Below are positions 45,504 through 55,091 of a DNA stretch of 64,000 nucleotides, piece after piece (positions within the stretch are counted from its first letter, which is position 1; every line of letters starts with the position of its first letter). Source of the stretch: Myxococcota bacterium (lineage in GTDB: Bacteria; Myxococcota_A; UBA796; CAJQPC01). The notes beneath the pieces were generated by a model. That model saw only the letters and a program-made list of their open reading frames with translations, was not told the origin of the DNA and did no database searches. Position numbers and translations under genes: made by a program. The DNA is taken from NCBI GenBank assembly GCA_036229005.1, contig JAZAMN010000050.1, positions 1 through 64,000 on the forward strand. Reading direction: 5' to 3'.

Positions 45504-46838
45504 TCAGTCCATGTACCCCAAGGCCCGCAGCGCCTCGACCATCTCGGGGGTCGCCTCGAAGCTCCGGTGAGGCGGAGCGGTCGCGTCCCAGGCGCGGAGC
45601 TGCGCCACCATCTGCTCGACCCGCTGAGGGTCCTGGACCACGTGCACGCTGGGCTCCCAGGCGTAGAGCTGCGCCTGCCGCCGGTAGGGCGTGACCACGA
45701 GGCTGTAATCCTGGTGGGTGACCGAGCGCTGGAAGGGGAGGTTGTTCCAGCCCTGACCGTTCTCCAGGCTCGCCGGCTGGGTGGCCTCCGCGAAGCTCGG
45801 GGGCGCCTGCCAGCTCCGCTCTCCCCGCAGGATCGCCGAGGTGTCCTCGCCGTCGCCCAGGTCGCTCTCCCAGCCCAAGAGGCCCAGCACGCTGGGCCCG
45901 ACATCCATCAAGCGGATCGGTCGGTGCACCACGCTCGCAGGCAGCGCCAACTCGCCGCTCCCCCAGAAGATCAGCGGCACGTGCACGATCGAAGGGTCCA
46001 CGTCGGGTCCGTGTCCGAAGGGGCTCCCGCCGTCACTTCCCAGGTGCTCGCCGTGGTCTGAGAAGAGGACGATGAGGGCGGACTCCAGGCGCTCGCGCTC
46101 CCGCAGCCCATCGATCAGGGCGCCGATCTGCTGGTCGGTCCACTGGACCTCCGCCTGGTACAGGCACCGGGCCCGAGCGAGGTCATCGGGGCCCAGGCTG
46201 CCCGCGAACTCCGGCCGGGTCATCGCGATGGAGGTCTCGATCCCCGGCTGGATGGGTCCCTGGTAGGGCTCCGGGCAGGCCTGGTCCCGCAGCGCGGTGG
46301 GCGCCGAGTTCCAGGGGTTGTGGGGGTCGTAGTAGTGGACGAACAGGAAGGTCGGCTGGGCCTCGCCCTGCGCGTCGATGTGCCGGAGCGCCGCCTGGGT
46401 GACCTGGTCTGCTCCGACCTCGTGGATGCCGGTCTTGAGCTGCAGCTCGTGGTTGTCGTAGACGCGGAAGCCGCGCGAGAGGCCCATCTCCGGCTGCAGC
46501 GCGGTGCTCCCCACCACAGCGATGGTGTCCCAGCCCTTGGCCGCGAAGCGCTCCTGGAGGAGGGCGAGGCCCCCGGGTACCGGGAAGCCGTTGCGCACCA
46601 CCGTGGACCCGTGGCTCTCGCGCCCGCTGAAGACCCCGGTGTGCGAGGCCAGCGTGGTCGCGCTCTGGGAGAGGCCCCGCTCCACGCGCACGCCCTGGGC
46701 GGCGAGAGCGTCCACGTTCGGGGTGCTGGGCGGTCCCCCGTAGGCCCCCAATGCGTCGGCGCGGGTGGTGTCCATGCTCACGAAGAGCACCAGGGGAGGG
46801 GGGCTCTGACAGGCCAGCCAGGTGGTGATGAGCAGCAT
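45504..46838 (-). CDS. Sulfatase-like hydrolase (alkaline phosphatase superfamily), probably exported/lipoprotein
   Basis: Start ATG 46838 (MLLITTWLAC); SMDTTRAD, TTLASH, FVHYYDPH, FSDHGE, HVPLI. Confidence 0.8.
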   Translation of the reverse strand: MLLITTWLACQSPPPLVLFVSMDTTRADALGAYGGPPSTPNVDALAAQGVRVERGLSQSATTLASHTGVFSGRESHGSTVVRNGFPVPGGLALLQERFAAKGWDTIAVVGSTALQPEMGLSRGFRVYDNHELQLKTGIHEVGADQVTQAALRHIDAQGEAQPTFLFVHYYDPHNPWNSAPTALRDQACPEPYQGPIQPGIETSIAMTRPEFAGSLGPDDLARARCLYQAEVQWTDQQIGALIDGLRERERLESALIVLFSDHGEHLGSDGGSPFGHGPDVDPSIVHVPLIFWGSGELALPASVVHRPIRLMDVGPSVLGLLGWESDLGDGEDTSAILRGERSWQAPPSFAEATQPASLENGQGWNNLPFQRSVTHQDYSLVVTPYRRQAQLYAWEPSVHVVQDPQRVEQMVAQLRAWDATAPPHRSFEATPEMVEALRALGYMD

Positions 46839-46844
46839 GCCCAG

Positions 46845-46854
46845 AGGGTACCCT
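46845..46854. promoter_or_regulatory. Palindromic -10 element, candidate bidirectional promoter for two leaderless genes
   Basis: AGGGTACCCT gives TACCCT on both strands, 5 nt before ATG 46860 (+) and 6 nt before ATG 46838 (-). Confidence 0.5.
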
Positions 46855-46859
46855 GGGCC

Positions 46860-48113
46860 ATGTCCTTCGACGCCGTCACCACCGCGGAGCTGCCCTCGCG
46901 GCAGGTCACCACCCTCCACCTCTTTCGCCACGGTCAGGTGGAGACGGGCGGGCTGCGGCTGGCCTACGGACACTCGGATCTGCCCCTCTCCATGCAAGGT
47001 GAGGACCAGCACGCCGCCCTGGAGCGCTTCGCCGCGCGCCTGCCCGCTCCGGACGGGGTGCTCAGCTCGGATCTGCGCCGCTGCATGCACTTGGCCGAGG
47101 GGCTGGGCAGGGTGTCCTCGCTGGCGCCCCGCTGCCATCCGGAGCTCCGTGAGCAGGACATGGGGGAGTGGGAGGGCCAGGCGTGGGGGGCGCTCTCCAG
47201 CCGCTCCTCCCAGGCCATCCACGACTACTGGGACGACTATGTGGGGGCCCGGCCGCCAGGTGGCGAGAGCCTCCGCGATCTGGACGCGCGCGTATGGGAC
47301 TGGTGGCAGGGCATGCAGGACGAGCTGGCCGGCGGGACCTGGTGGGTGGCGGCGCACATCGGCGTGATCCGCGTGCTGCTCTGTCGGCTGATGGGGCACC
47401 CGCTGGACGAGGCCCTGCGCTTCGCACCCGCCCGCGGCTCCCACACCAAGCTCCTGCTCGCCGAGGCCGGCGCGGTCCTGGAGGTCCTGGGAGAGCAGCC
47501 GCTGCCCGTCCCCAAGGCCGAGTCGGGGCCCCTCAAGATCGCCCTGAGCGGTAGCGCGGGGGTGGGAAAGAGCACGCTTGGGCAGGCCCTGTCCAAACGC
47601 CTGGGGGTCCCATTCATCCCGGAGGGCATGCGGGCGCGGCTGGAGGGCGGTCTGCAGCTCCACCGGCTGGATCGAGGGCAGCTCCGGGACCTGATCCACA
47701 GCCTCTGGGACGAGCAGCTCGAAGCGGAGCGGCGCGCCGTCCGGGACCACGGGGGCTTCGTCGCGGATCGGGGGGCGGCGGACTTCGCGGCCTTCTATCT
47801 GCACTACCGCTTCATCGAGGCCCAGGACGGGACCGCCGCGTTCGTCTCCCAGGCGCTCGCCCATGCCCGCGGCTACACCCGGACCGTGGTGCTCCCCTGG
47901 GGCGCGATCCCGCTGCGCTCGGACGGGGTGCGCAGCAGCAATCCCTGGCTACAGCGGCACTTCCAGGCGGTGGTCGAGGGCGTGATCCACCGGGAGGTCC
48001 AGCGCGAGCGGGTCCTCTGGCTCCCCACCGAGCGGCGCTCCCTGCGCGAGCGGGTGGACTGGGTGTCGAGCTGGCTGCCTGCTGGATTCGCGCTCAAGTC
48101 CCGCCCCCGGTGA
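46860..48113 (+). CDS. Histidine phosphatase (CobC/PGM-like) fused to a NadR/AAA_28-like P-loop kinase domain
   Basis: LFRHGQ, SSDLRRC, LREQDMGEWEG, PPGGES, AHIGVIR; then IALSGSAGVGKSTL, VADRG, DGVR. Confidence 0.8.
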   Translation: MSFDAVTTAELPSRQVTTLHLFRHGQVETGGLRLAYGHSDLPLSMQGEDQHAALERFAARLPAPDGVLSSDLRRCMHLAEGLGRVSSLAPRCHPELREQDMGEWEGQAWGALSSRSSQAIHDYWDDYVGARPPGGESLRDLDARVWDWWQGMQDELAGGTWWVAAHIGVIRVLLCRLMGHPLDEALRFAPARGSHTKLLLAEAGAVLEVLGEQPLPVPKAESGPLKIALSGSAGVGKSTLGQALSKRLGVPFIPEGMRARLEGGLQLHRLDRGQLRDLIHSLWDEQLEAERRAVRDHGGFVADRGAADFAAFYLHYRFIEAQDGTAAFVSQALAHARGYTRTVVLPWGAIPLRSDGVRSSNPWLQRHFQAVVEGVIHREVQRERVLWLPTERRSLRERVDWVSSWLPAGFALKSRPR

Positions 48114-48143
48114 CCGATTCGGGGTCCCCGTGGAGAGACCCGA

Positions 48144-50525
48144 ATGCCCCGACTGAGCCTTTGCCTCATCGCCAAGGATGAAGAGGAGATGCTGGAGGAC
48201 TGCCTGCGCTCGGTGCGCGGCGTGGTGGACGAGATCATCGTCTGCGACACCGGCTCCAGCGACGGCACCCGCGAGCTCGCCACACTGCTCGGGGCCCAGG
48301 TCATCGAGCATGTCTGGGAGGAGGACTTCTCGGCGGCCCGGAACGCTGCCCTCACCGCTTCGACCGGTACCCATGTCCTCATCCTGGACGCCGACGAGCG
48401 GCTCACCCCTGGCGCCGGCGAGGTCATCCTGGCGGCGATCCAGGACCCCACGCTGGATCTGGGCATGCTCCCCCTGCACAACGCGGAGCGCCTGGACGCG
48501 CCGGTCGACCAGGTGCTCAGCGGGCTCGCTCGGCGCGGCGACCCGGTGGACCTGCCGCGCCTGTTCCGTCGCACCCCCGACCTGCGCTGGGAGGGGGCCA
48601 TCCACGAGTCGCCGAACACCTGGCTGAGCAGCGCGCCCCGCCGGATCCGGCGCCTGGAGGCGCCCATCCTTCACCTGGGGGCGGTCCCCAGCCTGCGGCA
48701 GGCGCGGGGCAAGCGGGAGCGCAACATCAAGCTGCTCCAGGCGCGCGTGGCGCAGGAGCCGGGCAACCCCCAGGTCTACGCCTACCTGGCCGGAGAGCTG
48801 CTCCACGAGGGGCGGAGAGAGGAGGCCGAGCGGGTGATCGAGGCCGGCTGGGCCGCCGCGGGCAGGCTGGGGGATGGGCCTCGGCCCGTGCTGGTTCAGC
48901 TCGTGACCCTGCGCGCCCACACCTTGCTGGAGCAGGGCCAGGTGACCGAGGCCCTGGCGGCGCTGGGCCAGGCGCGGGAGTGGAGGGTCCAACACCCCAA
49001 CGTGGACCTTCTGGAGGCGCTGGCGCTGCGCCAGCTCGACCCCCCCGCGCGGTCTCGGGCGGCCCAGCTCCTGGAGCGCTGCCTGAACTGGAAGCAGGGC
49101 CTCGCGCAGGAGCCGATCCCCGGCGCTCTGGGCTGGCTCTCGGCTCAGCACCTGGGCGAACTCCGCCTGGAGCTGGGCGAGCTGGACGCGGCCGAGCTGG
49201 CTTTCGGCCGGGCGCTGCAGGAGAAGCCGGATCTGGAGGGGCCTGCCCTTGGAATGGCCGAGCTCGCGCTGCGTCGGGGGGATGCTGCGGCGGCCCTGAG
49301 GCTGGTCGAGCCTTGGCTCCCGCTGGAGAAGCCCGACCCTTGGGTCCTCGCCGCCGCGAGCTGCGCGGCCCTCGGAGAGCCCGGCGACATGCAGGCGCTG
49401 GTCCGTCGCGCCGTGCAGCTCGCGGACAAGGGCTTCGTCGGGCGCCACCGGGCTGACTGGCTCAAGGAGCTGCTGGTCGAGGCGGACCTGTACGCCGGAA
49501 AGCCTCACCCCGGGCCCGGAGTCGTCGGCCGCCTGGGCGCGCTGGCCTCCCGGCTGCCCAACCGGGACGAGCGGGCCATCCACCCCGAGGGCGCCGAGCG
49601 CGTCGCCGTGAACCTGGTCCGGGCCGGCCACCCCGAGCTGCTGGAGCCCTTCTTCGAGCCGCGGGCCGACTCGCTGCTCCCGGGGCTCGCCATGCGCGTC
49701 AAGCTGGCGCTGGCCGAGCAGGGGATCGTCGTCGAAGACGATGGGCAGGCGGAGTTCGTGTTCATCGGAGGCGCGGGCCGCAGCGGCACCACGCTGTTCC
49801 GGGCCATGCTCGGCGCCCACGGCGGCATCCACTGTGGGCCGGAGCTCAAGCTGGTCCCCATCATCTCCGGGCTCCGCGAGCAGTGGGTGCGCACCATGGG
49901 CAAGGACCTGCAGGAGGCCGGCGTCGGAACCGAGGTCCTGGACGAGGCCGTGCGCTCCTTCATCACCGCGCTGCTGCACGGTGGCGCGCCCGAGGGCATG
50001 CGGGTCGCGGAGAAGACCCCCCACAACCTGCTGCACACGGCGCTGCTCGGGCGGCTCTTCCCGCGGGCCCGCTTCATCCACGTGGTCCGAGATGGCCGGG
50101 CGGTCGCGGCCTCTCTGGTCCGGCAGCGCTGGGTCGATCCCGCGACGGGGAAGCCCATCTGGTATTGCCAGGATGTCGAGGGGGCTTCTCGATACTGGGT
50201 CGAGGTCGTCTCCACCATCCGGCATCAGGCGGCGTCCGTACCGGGTCGCTACCTGGAGGTCCGATACGAGGAGCTGGTGCAGTCTCCCGAGGACACCATG
50301 CGCCGGGTGCTCGCGTTCCTGGGGGAGCCCTGGGACGCCGCGGTGCTCGCACACCACGAGGCCGACACCCGCCTGTCCTCGCGTGAGGCCAGCAGCGCTG
50401 CGGTGGCGGGGGCGCTCAGCGATGGCGCTCTGCGCAAGTGGCGTACCCAGCTCTCCGACGCGGACCTCAGCCGCTTCGACCAGCGCACACAGAGCGTGCT
50501 GGCGGAGCTGGGGTACGCGAGCTGA
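48144..50525 (+). CDS. GT2 glycosyltransferase-TPR-sulfotransferase fusion
   Basis: LSLCLIAKDEE, DTGSSD, DFSAARN, LDADE, WEGAIHE; helical TPR-like middle; FIGGAGRSGTT, EKTPHN, HVVRDGRAVAAS, VRYEELV. Confidence 0.85.
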   Translation: MPRLSLCLIAKDEEEMLEDCLRSVRGVVDEIIVCDTGSSDGTRELATLLGAQVIEHVWEEDFSAARNAALTASTGTHVLILDADERLTPGAGEVILAAIQDPTLDLGMLPLHNAERLDAPVDQVLSGLARRGDPVDLPRLFRRTPDLRWEGAIHESPNTWLSSAPRRIRRLEAPILHLGAVPSLRQARGKRERNIKLLQARVAQEPGNPQVYAYLAGELLHEGRREEAERVIEAGWAAAGRLGDGPRPVLVQLVTLRAHTLLEQGQVTEALAALGQAREWRVQHPNVDLLEALALRQLDPPARSRAAQLLERCLNWKQGLAQEPIPGALGWLSAQHLGELRLELGELDAAELAFGRALQEKPDLEGPALGMAELALRRGDAAAALRLVEPWLPLEKPDPWVLAAASCAALGEPGDMQALVRRAVQLADKGFVGRHRADWLKELLVEADLYAGKPHPGPGVVGRLGALASRLPNRDERAIHPEGAERVAVNLVRAGHPELLEPFFEPRADSLLPGLAMRVKLALAEQGIVVEDDGQAEFVFIGGAGRSGTTLFRAMLGAHGGIHCGPELKLVPIISGLREQWVRTMGKDLQEAGVGTEVLDEAVRSFITALLHGGAPEGMRVAEKTPHNLLHTALLGRLFPRARFIHVVRDGRAVAASLVRQRWVDPATGKPIWYCQDVEGASRYWVEVVSTIRHQAASVPGRYLEVRYEELVQSPEDTMRRVLAFLGEPWDAAVLAHHEADTRLSSREASSAAVAGALSDGALRKWRTQLSDADLSRFDQRTQSVLAELGYAS

Positions 50526-50543
50526 GGGACCCGGGCCCCGGGA

Positions 50544-51239
50544 TCACTCCTCGGAGTGGCCGGCGTCAAAGGGGATGACCTCGCCTTGCTTGCGGGGACG
50601 GACCAGCGCGACCCCCAGCAGCAGCGCCAGGGCTCGGTCGTACTCTGCGCCCAGGGCCTGGTTGGCGGAGAACAGCGCCAGGCCGACGCCGACCGGTGCG
50701 GACAGGCGCGCGACCTGCTCGGCGCCCTTGCGCAGTCCCACCAACACGGGGCCGACCTTGGGGATCAAGGGCAGGATGGGCTTGTAGGGAGCGCTCAGGC
50801 GAAGGAGCTGCTTGGACACCCAGCCCGAGCCCGCGGCGGCGCCCGCACCCGCAGCGCCGGTCCACGCGACCCACTGGCTGCGGCGGAGGCGGTTCACGTG
50901 CTTGTCGTCCAGCTCCTCCAGGGCCTCGACGCCCTCGCAGCGGGAGAGCAGCGCCAGGCTGAGGGCGTCCAGGCGCTCCCAGTCGCCCTGATCCGGGTCG
51001 AGCTCGACCTTCAACCGGGAGGCGGTCCGGTCCACGAGCTGCCCGAGGCTGTCGCGCATGGCCAGGACACCGACCGGCGTGTGGGTGCGCCACCAGAGCG
51101 CACGGACCAGCTTGTCGGCCAGCTCGGGGGCCGAGAGATCCGCCTTGGGGCTGATTCCACCGGCCTCCAGGACCTCCCGGAGGGCCGCTGGATCCGCCTG
51201 GGAGAGGCTGTTTCGCACCATCTGAGCGTCGACCTTCAC
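50544..51239 (-). CDS. Hypothetical protein with hydrophobic C-terminal half
   Basis: GTG 51239 after GAGGAG; coding-like codon usage. Confidence 0.6.
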   Translation of the reverse strand: MKVDAQMVRNSLSQADPAALREVLEAGGISPKADLSAPELADKLVRALWWRTHTPVGVLAMRDSLGQLVDRTASRLKVELDPDQGDWERLDALSLALLSRCEGVEALEELDDKHVNRLRRSQWVAWTGAAGAGAAAGSGWVSKQLLRLSAPYKPILPLIPKVGPVLVGLRKGAEQVARLSAPVGVGLALFSANQALGAEYDRALALLLGVALVRPRKQGEVIPFDAGHSEE

Positions 51240-51404
51240 ACCTATCTCCTCAAAACCACGGGCCAAGGGAGGTCCTGGCCTCGATTCTACCCGCCAGCGG
51301 CCCCGGATATTTCCCAACATCAAAATGTGGCGCTGGGCCAAAGATGCGCTAATGGTGGGCCGCGGGCCGTTTTTTGGCCCTGAACACCCCATCGTGGAGA
51401 TGCC

Positions 51405-51692
51405 ATGAACAAGAAGGAAATGGCCGCCGCCCTCGCCAAGCGCTCGGGTCTGAGCCAGGTCAAGGCCCTTGAGATCCTCAACGCTGTCTTCGACGCCAGT
51501 GACGGCGTGATCGCAGCCGAGCTCAAGGAAGGCAACAAGGTGACCATCCCCGGCTTCGGTACCTTCGGCGCCAAGATGTCCGCTGCTCGCACGGGCACCA
51601 ACCCCTCTTCCGGCACCAAGATGGAGATCCCCGCCCGCATGCGCGTGCGCTTCACCGCCGGCAAGACCCTCAAGGAGACCGTCGCCGGCTGA
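51405..51692 (+). CDS. hup: HU family DNA-binding protein
   Basis: MNKKEMAAALA, VTIPGFGTF, ARTGTNPSSG, FTAGKTLKE. Confidence 0.95.
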   Translation: MNKKEMAAALAKRSGLSQVKALEILNAVFDASDGVIAAELKEGNKVTIPGFGTFGAKMSAARTGTNPSSGTKMEIPARMRVRFTAGKTLKETVAG

Positions 51693-51717
51693 GCCGACCG
51701 ACGTTCTGTTTGAACTG

Positions 51718-51742
51718 GACCCGGCCTCGGCCGGGTCTTTTT
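51718..51742 (+). terminator. Rho-independent terminator after HU
   Basis: GACCCGGC-CTCG-GCCGGGTC followed by TTTTT. Confidence 0.85.
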
Positions 51743-51812
51743 CGTTTGGGCCCGGTGCGACGCTTGCGTGCGAGCCCGCGGCCTCCTAGAGATCCCGAGA
51801 AGGGAGTTCTCC

Positions 51813-52127
51813 GTGAAGCACCGCATCCCCCACGACCTTGGACAAGAGCTGGCCCGCAAGGCCACCCAGCGCGCACTCGAGACCTACCGGGACGAGTTCC
51901 CCGAGGTCGAGCCCGAGGGCCGCTGGCTGTCGCCCGACCGCGCCGAGATCGCCGTGACGCTGGCCGGGAAGCGCCTGCGCGCCAACCTGGATGTCCTCAA
52001 GGACGCGGTGGACATCGACATGGACGTCCCCCTGGTCTTCCGCCCCTTCCGAAAGCAGGCCATCGCGGTCATCGAGAAGGAGATCCTGGTCTGGATCGAG
52101 AAGGCCCGTCGCGGAGAGTTGGACTAA
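51813..52127 (+). CDS. Polyhydroxyalkanoic acid system family small protein
   Basis: MKHRIPHDLG..ARKA...W...VDIDMDVPLVFRPF pattern. Confidence 0.65.
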   Translation: MKHRIPHDLGQELARKATQRALETYRDEFPEVEPEGRWLSPDRAEIAVTLAGKRLRANLDVLKDAVDIDMDVPLVFRPFRKQAIAVIEKEILVWIEKARRGELD

Positions 52128-52146
52128 ACTGGCCTTGGAGGCACCG

Positions 52147-52767
52147 ATGTCCCTGCGCTGGACCCCCCTGGCCGCTGCGCCGCTGATGCTCCTGGGCGCC
52201 CTGGTTGCGTGCCAGAGCGACGACCCCTTCATCGAGGACTCGGACACCCAGGTGGAAGAAGAGGGGCCGGACACTGGCTACCTGGAGGTGGGCTGGATCG
52301 GCACCTGGTCCTCGGAGTTCGAGGGGCAGCACACCTTCTACGCCTACGACCGCATGATCGGGGAGCACCTCTGCCTCTTCCGGTGGACCACCACCCCCAT
52401 CCTGGACTCCGAGGGCGTGCTCGCGCTGGGCAGCACCTGCGGGGACGACGGGGACGAGGACTGCGGCTTCGAGTTCGTTCAGGAGGTCGAGTACAGCGAC
52501 GGCACCCTGATGACCGACCCCTACACCGGGGAGGTCACCGACTGCAGCAGCTTCAACCTCAGCGACGGCTCGGCCCTTGGCACGACCCGCAAGTTCGCGT
52601 ACGAGGAGACCCCCGCCAGCAGCCCGGACCGGGGTGTGTTGATGCAGTACTACGACGATCAGGACGACCTGACCCCTGGCTGGTACGAGGTCGCCTACGC
52701 CGACTACAACGCGTCCCTGGACGAGATCACCTACGAGCGGGCCTACGCCTACTATCAGTGGCCCTGA
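52147..52767 (+). CDS. Acidic hypothetical lipoprotein
   Basis: LLGALVAC lipobox; GGAGG RBS. Confidence 0.7.
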   Translation: MSLRWTPLAAAPLMLLGALVACQSDDPFIEDSDTQVEEEGPDTGYLEVGWIGTWSSEFEGQHTFYAYDRMIGEHLCLFRWTTTPILDSEGVLALGSTCGDDGDEDCGFEFVQEVEYSDGTLMTDPYTGEVTDCSSFNLSDGSALGTTRKFAYEETPASSPDRGVLMQYYDDQDDLTPGWYEVAYADYNASLDEITYERAYAYYQWP

Positions 52768-52788
52768 GCGCCGCGGGGGGGAGGGAGC

Positions 52789-53565
52789 TTGCCCGAGCTG
52801 CCTGAAGTCGAGGTGATGACCCGGAACCTGCGCCGCTGGCTGAACGGCCAGGAGCTGCGTTTGGAACTGGTCGACCCGCGCCTGCTCAAGGGGGAGCCCC
52901 CCCAGGATCCGCAGCGCGTGGTCCAGGTCCATCGCCGGGGAAAGTACAGCTTCATCGAGCGGGAGGCGGACACCTGGGTGCTGCACTTCCGGATGACCGG
53001 AAAGGTCGTCCCGGCCCGGGAGGGGGGAAAGGTGAGGGCCCGTCTGCTGACGGACACCGGGGCCTACCATTTCCTGGATCAGCGCTGCCTGGGGGAGCTC
53101 CATGTCTTGCCCCCTGGCGCCAGCGAGGCCTTTGAGGCCGGCTTGAACCTGGGCCCTGAGCCCTACCCGCAGCGGCAGAGCGGGGCCTGGTGGCGAGAGC
53201 GCCTGTCGGGGCTGCGGGGCGCCATCAAGCCGGCGCTGATGCGGCAGGACCGGGTCGCGGGCCTGGGGAACATCGCCGCGTCGGAGATCTGCTTCCGGGC
53301 CGGGGTGGACCCGCGCCGACCGGTCCCCGATGTCCTCGCTTGGGACGGGATCGCTACAGAGGCGCACGCATTCCTGCACGAAGTGGTGGACCTGGAGGGG
53401 CAGGGGGATGAGATCCAGTACATCAACTCGGACCCGGACGCGCGGAACCCCTTCGCGGTCTATGGGCGCGCCGGAGAGCCCTGCCTGCGCTGCGGGGAGG
53501 GGATTGAGCGCATCGTCCAGAGCGGTCGGTCCAGCTTCTACTGTCCAAGCTGCCAGGAGGGCTGA
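52789..53565 (+). CDS. mutM: Fpg/Nei family DNA glycosylase
   Basis: PELPEVE, RRGKY, HFRMTG, GLGNI, C-terminal CxxC...CxxC zinc finger. Confidence 0.88.
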   Translation: MPELPEVEVMTRNLRRWLNGQELRLELVDPRLLKGEPPQDPQRVVQVHRRGKYSFIEREADTWVLHFRMTGKVVPAREGGKVRARLLTDTGAYHFLDQRCLGELHVLPPGASEAFEAGLNLGPEPYPQRQSGAWWRERLSGLRGAIKPALMRQDRVAGLGNIAASEICFRAGVDPRRPVPDVLAWDGIATEAHAFLHEVVDLEGQGDEIQYINSDPDARNPFAVYGRAGEPCLRCGEGIERIVQSGRSSFYCPSCQEG

Positions 53566-53568
53566 GTG

Positions 53569-55071
53569 ATGCTGTGGACTTGGCTCGCGTTGAGCGCCTC
53601 AGCCCTCGCGGAGCCCACATCCGCGGTGAGCGTCGATGGCTGGACCTGGCCGCAAGGCACGGTACGCACCTTCCACCTGGAGAGCCTGGAGGTGGTCCCG
53701 GGACCCTGGCAGATCCGGCAGCGGGGCGGCCTGCAGTCCGCGCGCACCAACAAGGTCCGCAGCGAGTTTGTGCTCCAGTGCACCCCGGTAGACCAGACCC
53801 CGCGCGCCTGGGAGCTGGAGTGCGAGGTGCTGGACGCCGCTTTCATCGGGACCCCGGTGCTGGCGGAGGACCCCCGAGTGCTGGAGACCGTGCTGGGAAC
53901 CTTCGCGACCCTGGCCGAATCGGGGACCGTCGACATCACCATGGGGCGGGACGGCCGGGTGCTGTCGGTGGACCTGGACGGGCTGAACCAGGAGGACCAG
54001 GCGGACAGGGCGATCGTCGAGTGGATCCGCCTGCGCCTCATCCTGGCGCTGTCTGGGCTGGACGTCGGGCTGCCCCCGGCCGGCGTGGATGGGTGGACCC
54101 AGCGGGACCACCTCTGGGCGATGTCTCCCTACACCTCCGCCATCCGCGGGGGCATCCGCGTGGAGAACAGCCTCCAGGACGAGGCAGGCCTCACGCTGAT
54201 CACCAGCAAGGCCCAGGGGACCCTCTCCCTCAGCAACAGCACGGCCGCGCTGGAGCTCAACGGGCTGTGGAAGCTGCAAGGGGGATCGCAGCTCACGCTG
54301 GACCGGGAACAGGGGGCTGTGGTCTCCGGGAGCTGGGCGCTCGTCGGGCTGCCCACCGCGTCCGCCGGGGTCATCGAAGGGGACCCCTACCTGCTGGGCG
54401 GCAGCATCCGAATGGTCGGGCCGAATGAGCCGGTGCCCACCGCGGGGCCTTCGGGGCTCTGGGGGGACCACTTCGAACCAGGAGAGCCGGAGCGGGCGCT
54501 GGTGGCGCTCCAGGTCGAGCTCGACGACAGCTACGACGAGGCCGGCTTCCGCTCAAGGCCCTACCTGTGGGCGCAGGTCGGCCCCACCTACCACTTCAAG
54601 GACCTGCGCGAGAACCCGCTTGGCGCCGGTGTGACGGTCGGCTTGCGTCTCCCCCTCGCGATCTCGGTCGGTGTGGGCGCTCAGTGGGACCAGGCCGCCC
54701 GCTTCCGCTCCCACACCTGGATCGAAGAGGAGCGGCAGCTCTACGGCGGGCTCTGGTACGAGAGCAACTACCGCATCACGCCGCGGGTGGGGATCGAGGC
54801 TGGTGCCAGCCACCGCAGCTTCTCCGAGCCGGGCTTCCCCGAGGTCTGGATGCCCTTCTTCGCGCTGGACCTGGGCCTGCAGTGGCGCCCATTGCCCAGC
54901 CACTGGCTCAGCATCCACACCCGCGCGCCCATCGAGCTTGGCTACCTGGAGATCACCGACAGCCGCGGGAACGCCTCGTTCGCCGACAAGACCTCCTGGG
55001 TGGTGCAGCTCGCGTGGACCGTGAAGCTGACCGGTCGCAAGGACCAGGAGCCGGTGCCGCGGGGCCACTGA
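53569..55071 (+). CDS. Secreted hypothetical protein with possible C-terminal beta-barrel
   Basis: Signal peptide MLWTWLALSASALA; alternating aromatic beta strands in the last ~170 aa. Confidence 0.65.
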   Translation: MLWTWLALSASALAEPTSAVSVDGWTWPQGTVRTFHLESLEVVPGPWQIRQRGGLQSARTNKVRSEFVLQCTPVDQTPRAWELECEVLDAAFIGTPVLAEDPRVLETVLGTFATLAESGTVDITMGRDGRVLSVDLDGLNQEDQADRAIVEWIRLRLILALSGLDVGLPPAGVDGWTQRDHLWAMSPYTSAIRGGIRVENSLQDEAGLTLITSKAQGTLSLSNSTAALELNGLWKLQGGSQLTLDREQGAVVSGSWALVGLPTASAGVIEGDPYLLGGSIRMVGPNEPVPTAGPSGLWGDHFEPGEPERALVALQVELDDSYDEAGFRSRPYLWAQVGPTYHFKDLRENPLGAGVTVGLRLPLAISVGVGAQWDQAARFRSHTWIEEERQLYGGLWYESNYRITPRVGIEAGASHRSFSEPGFPEVWMPFFALDLGLQWRPLPSHWLSIHTRAPIELGYLEITDSRGNASFADKTSWVVQLAWTVKLTGRKDQEPVPRGH

Positions 55072-55091
55072 GTCCAGGGCCGCTGGGTCCT

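Noticed and set aside
43768..47864. ORF-track N-terminal extensions (43768-44946, 45504-47864, 46320-48113; likewise 62052-63812, 4232-7372, 27443-29164)
   Set aside because: The extensions overlap real genes or lack homology-like sequence; starts were reassigned using RBS, coupling and domain boundaries
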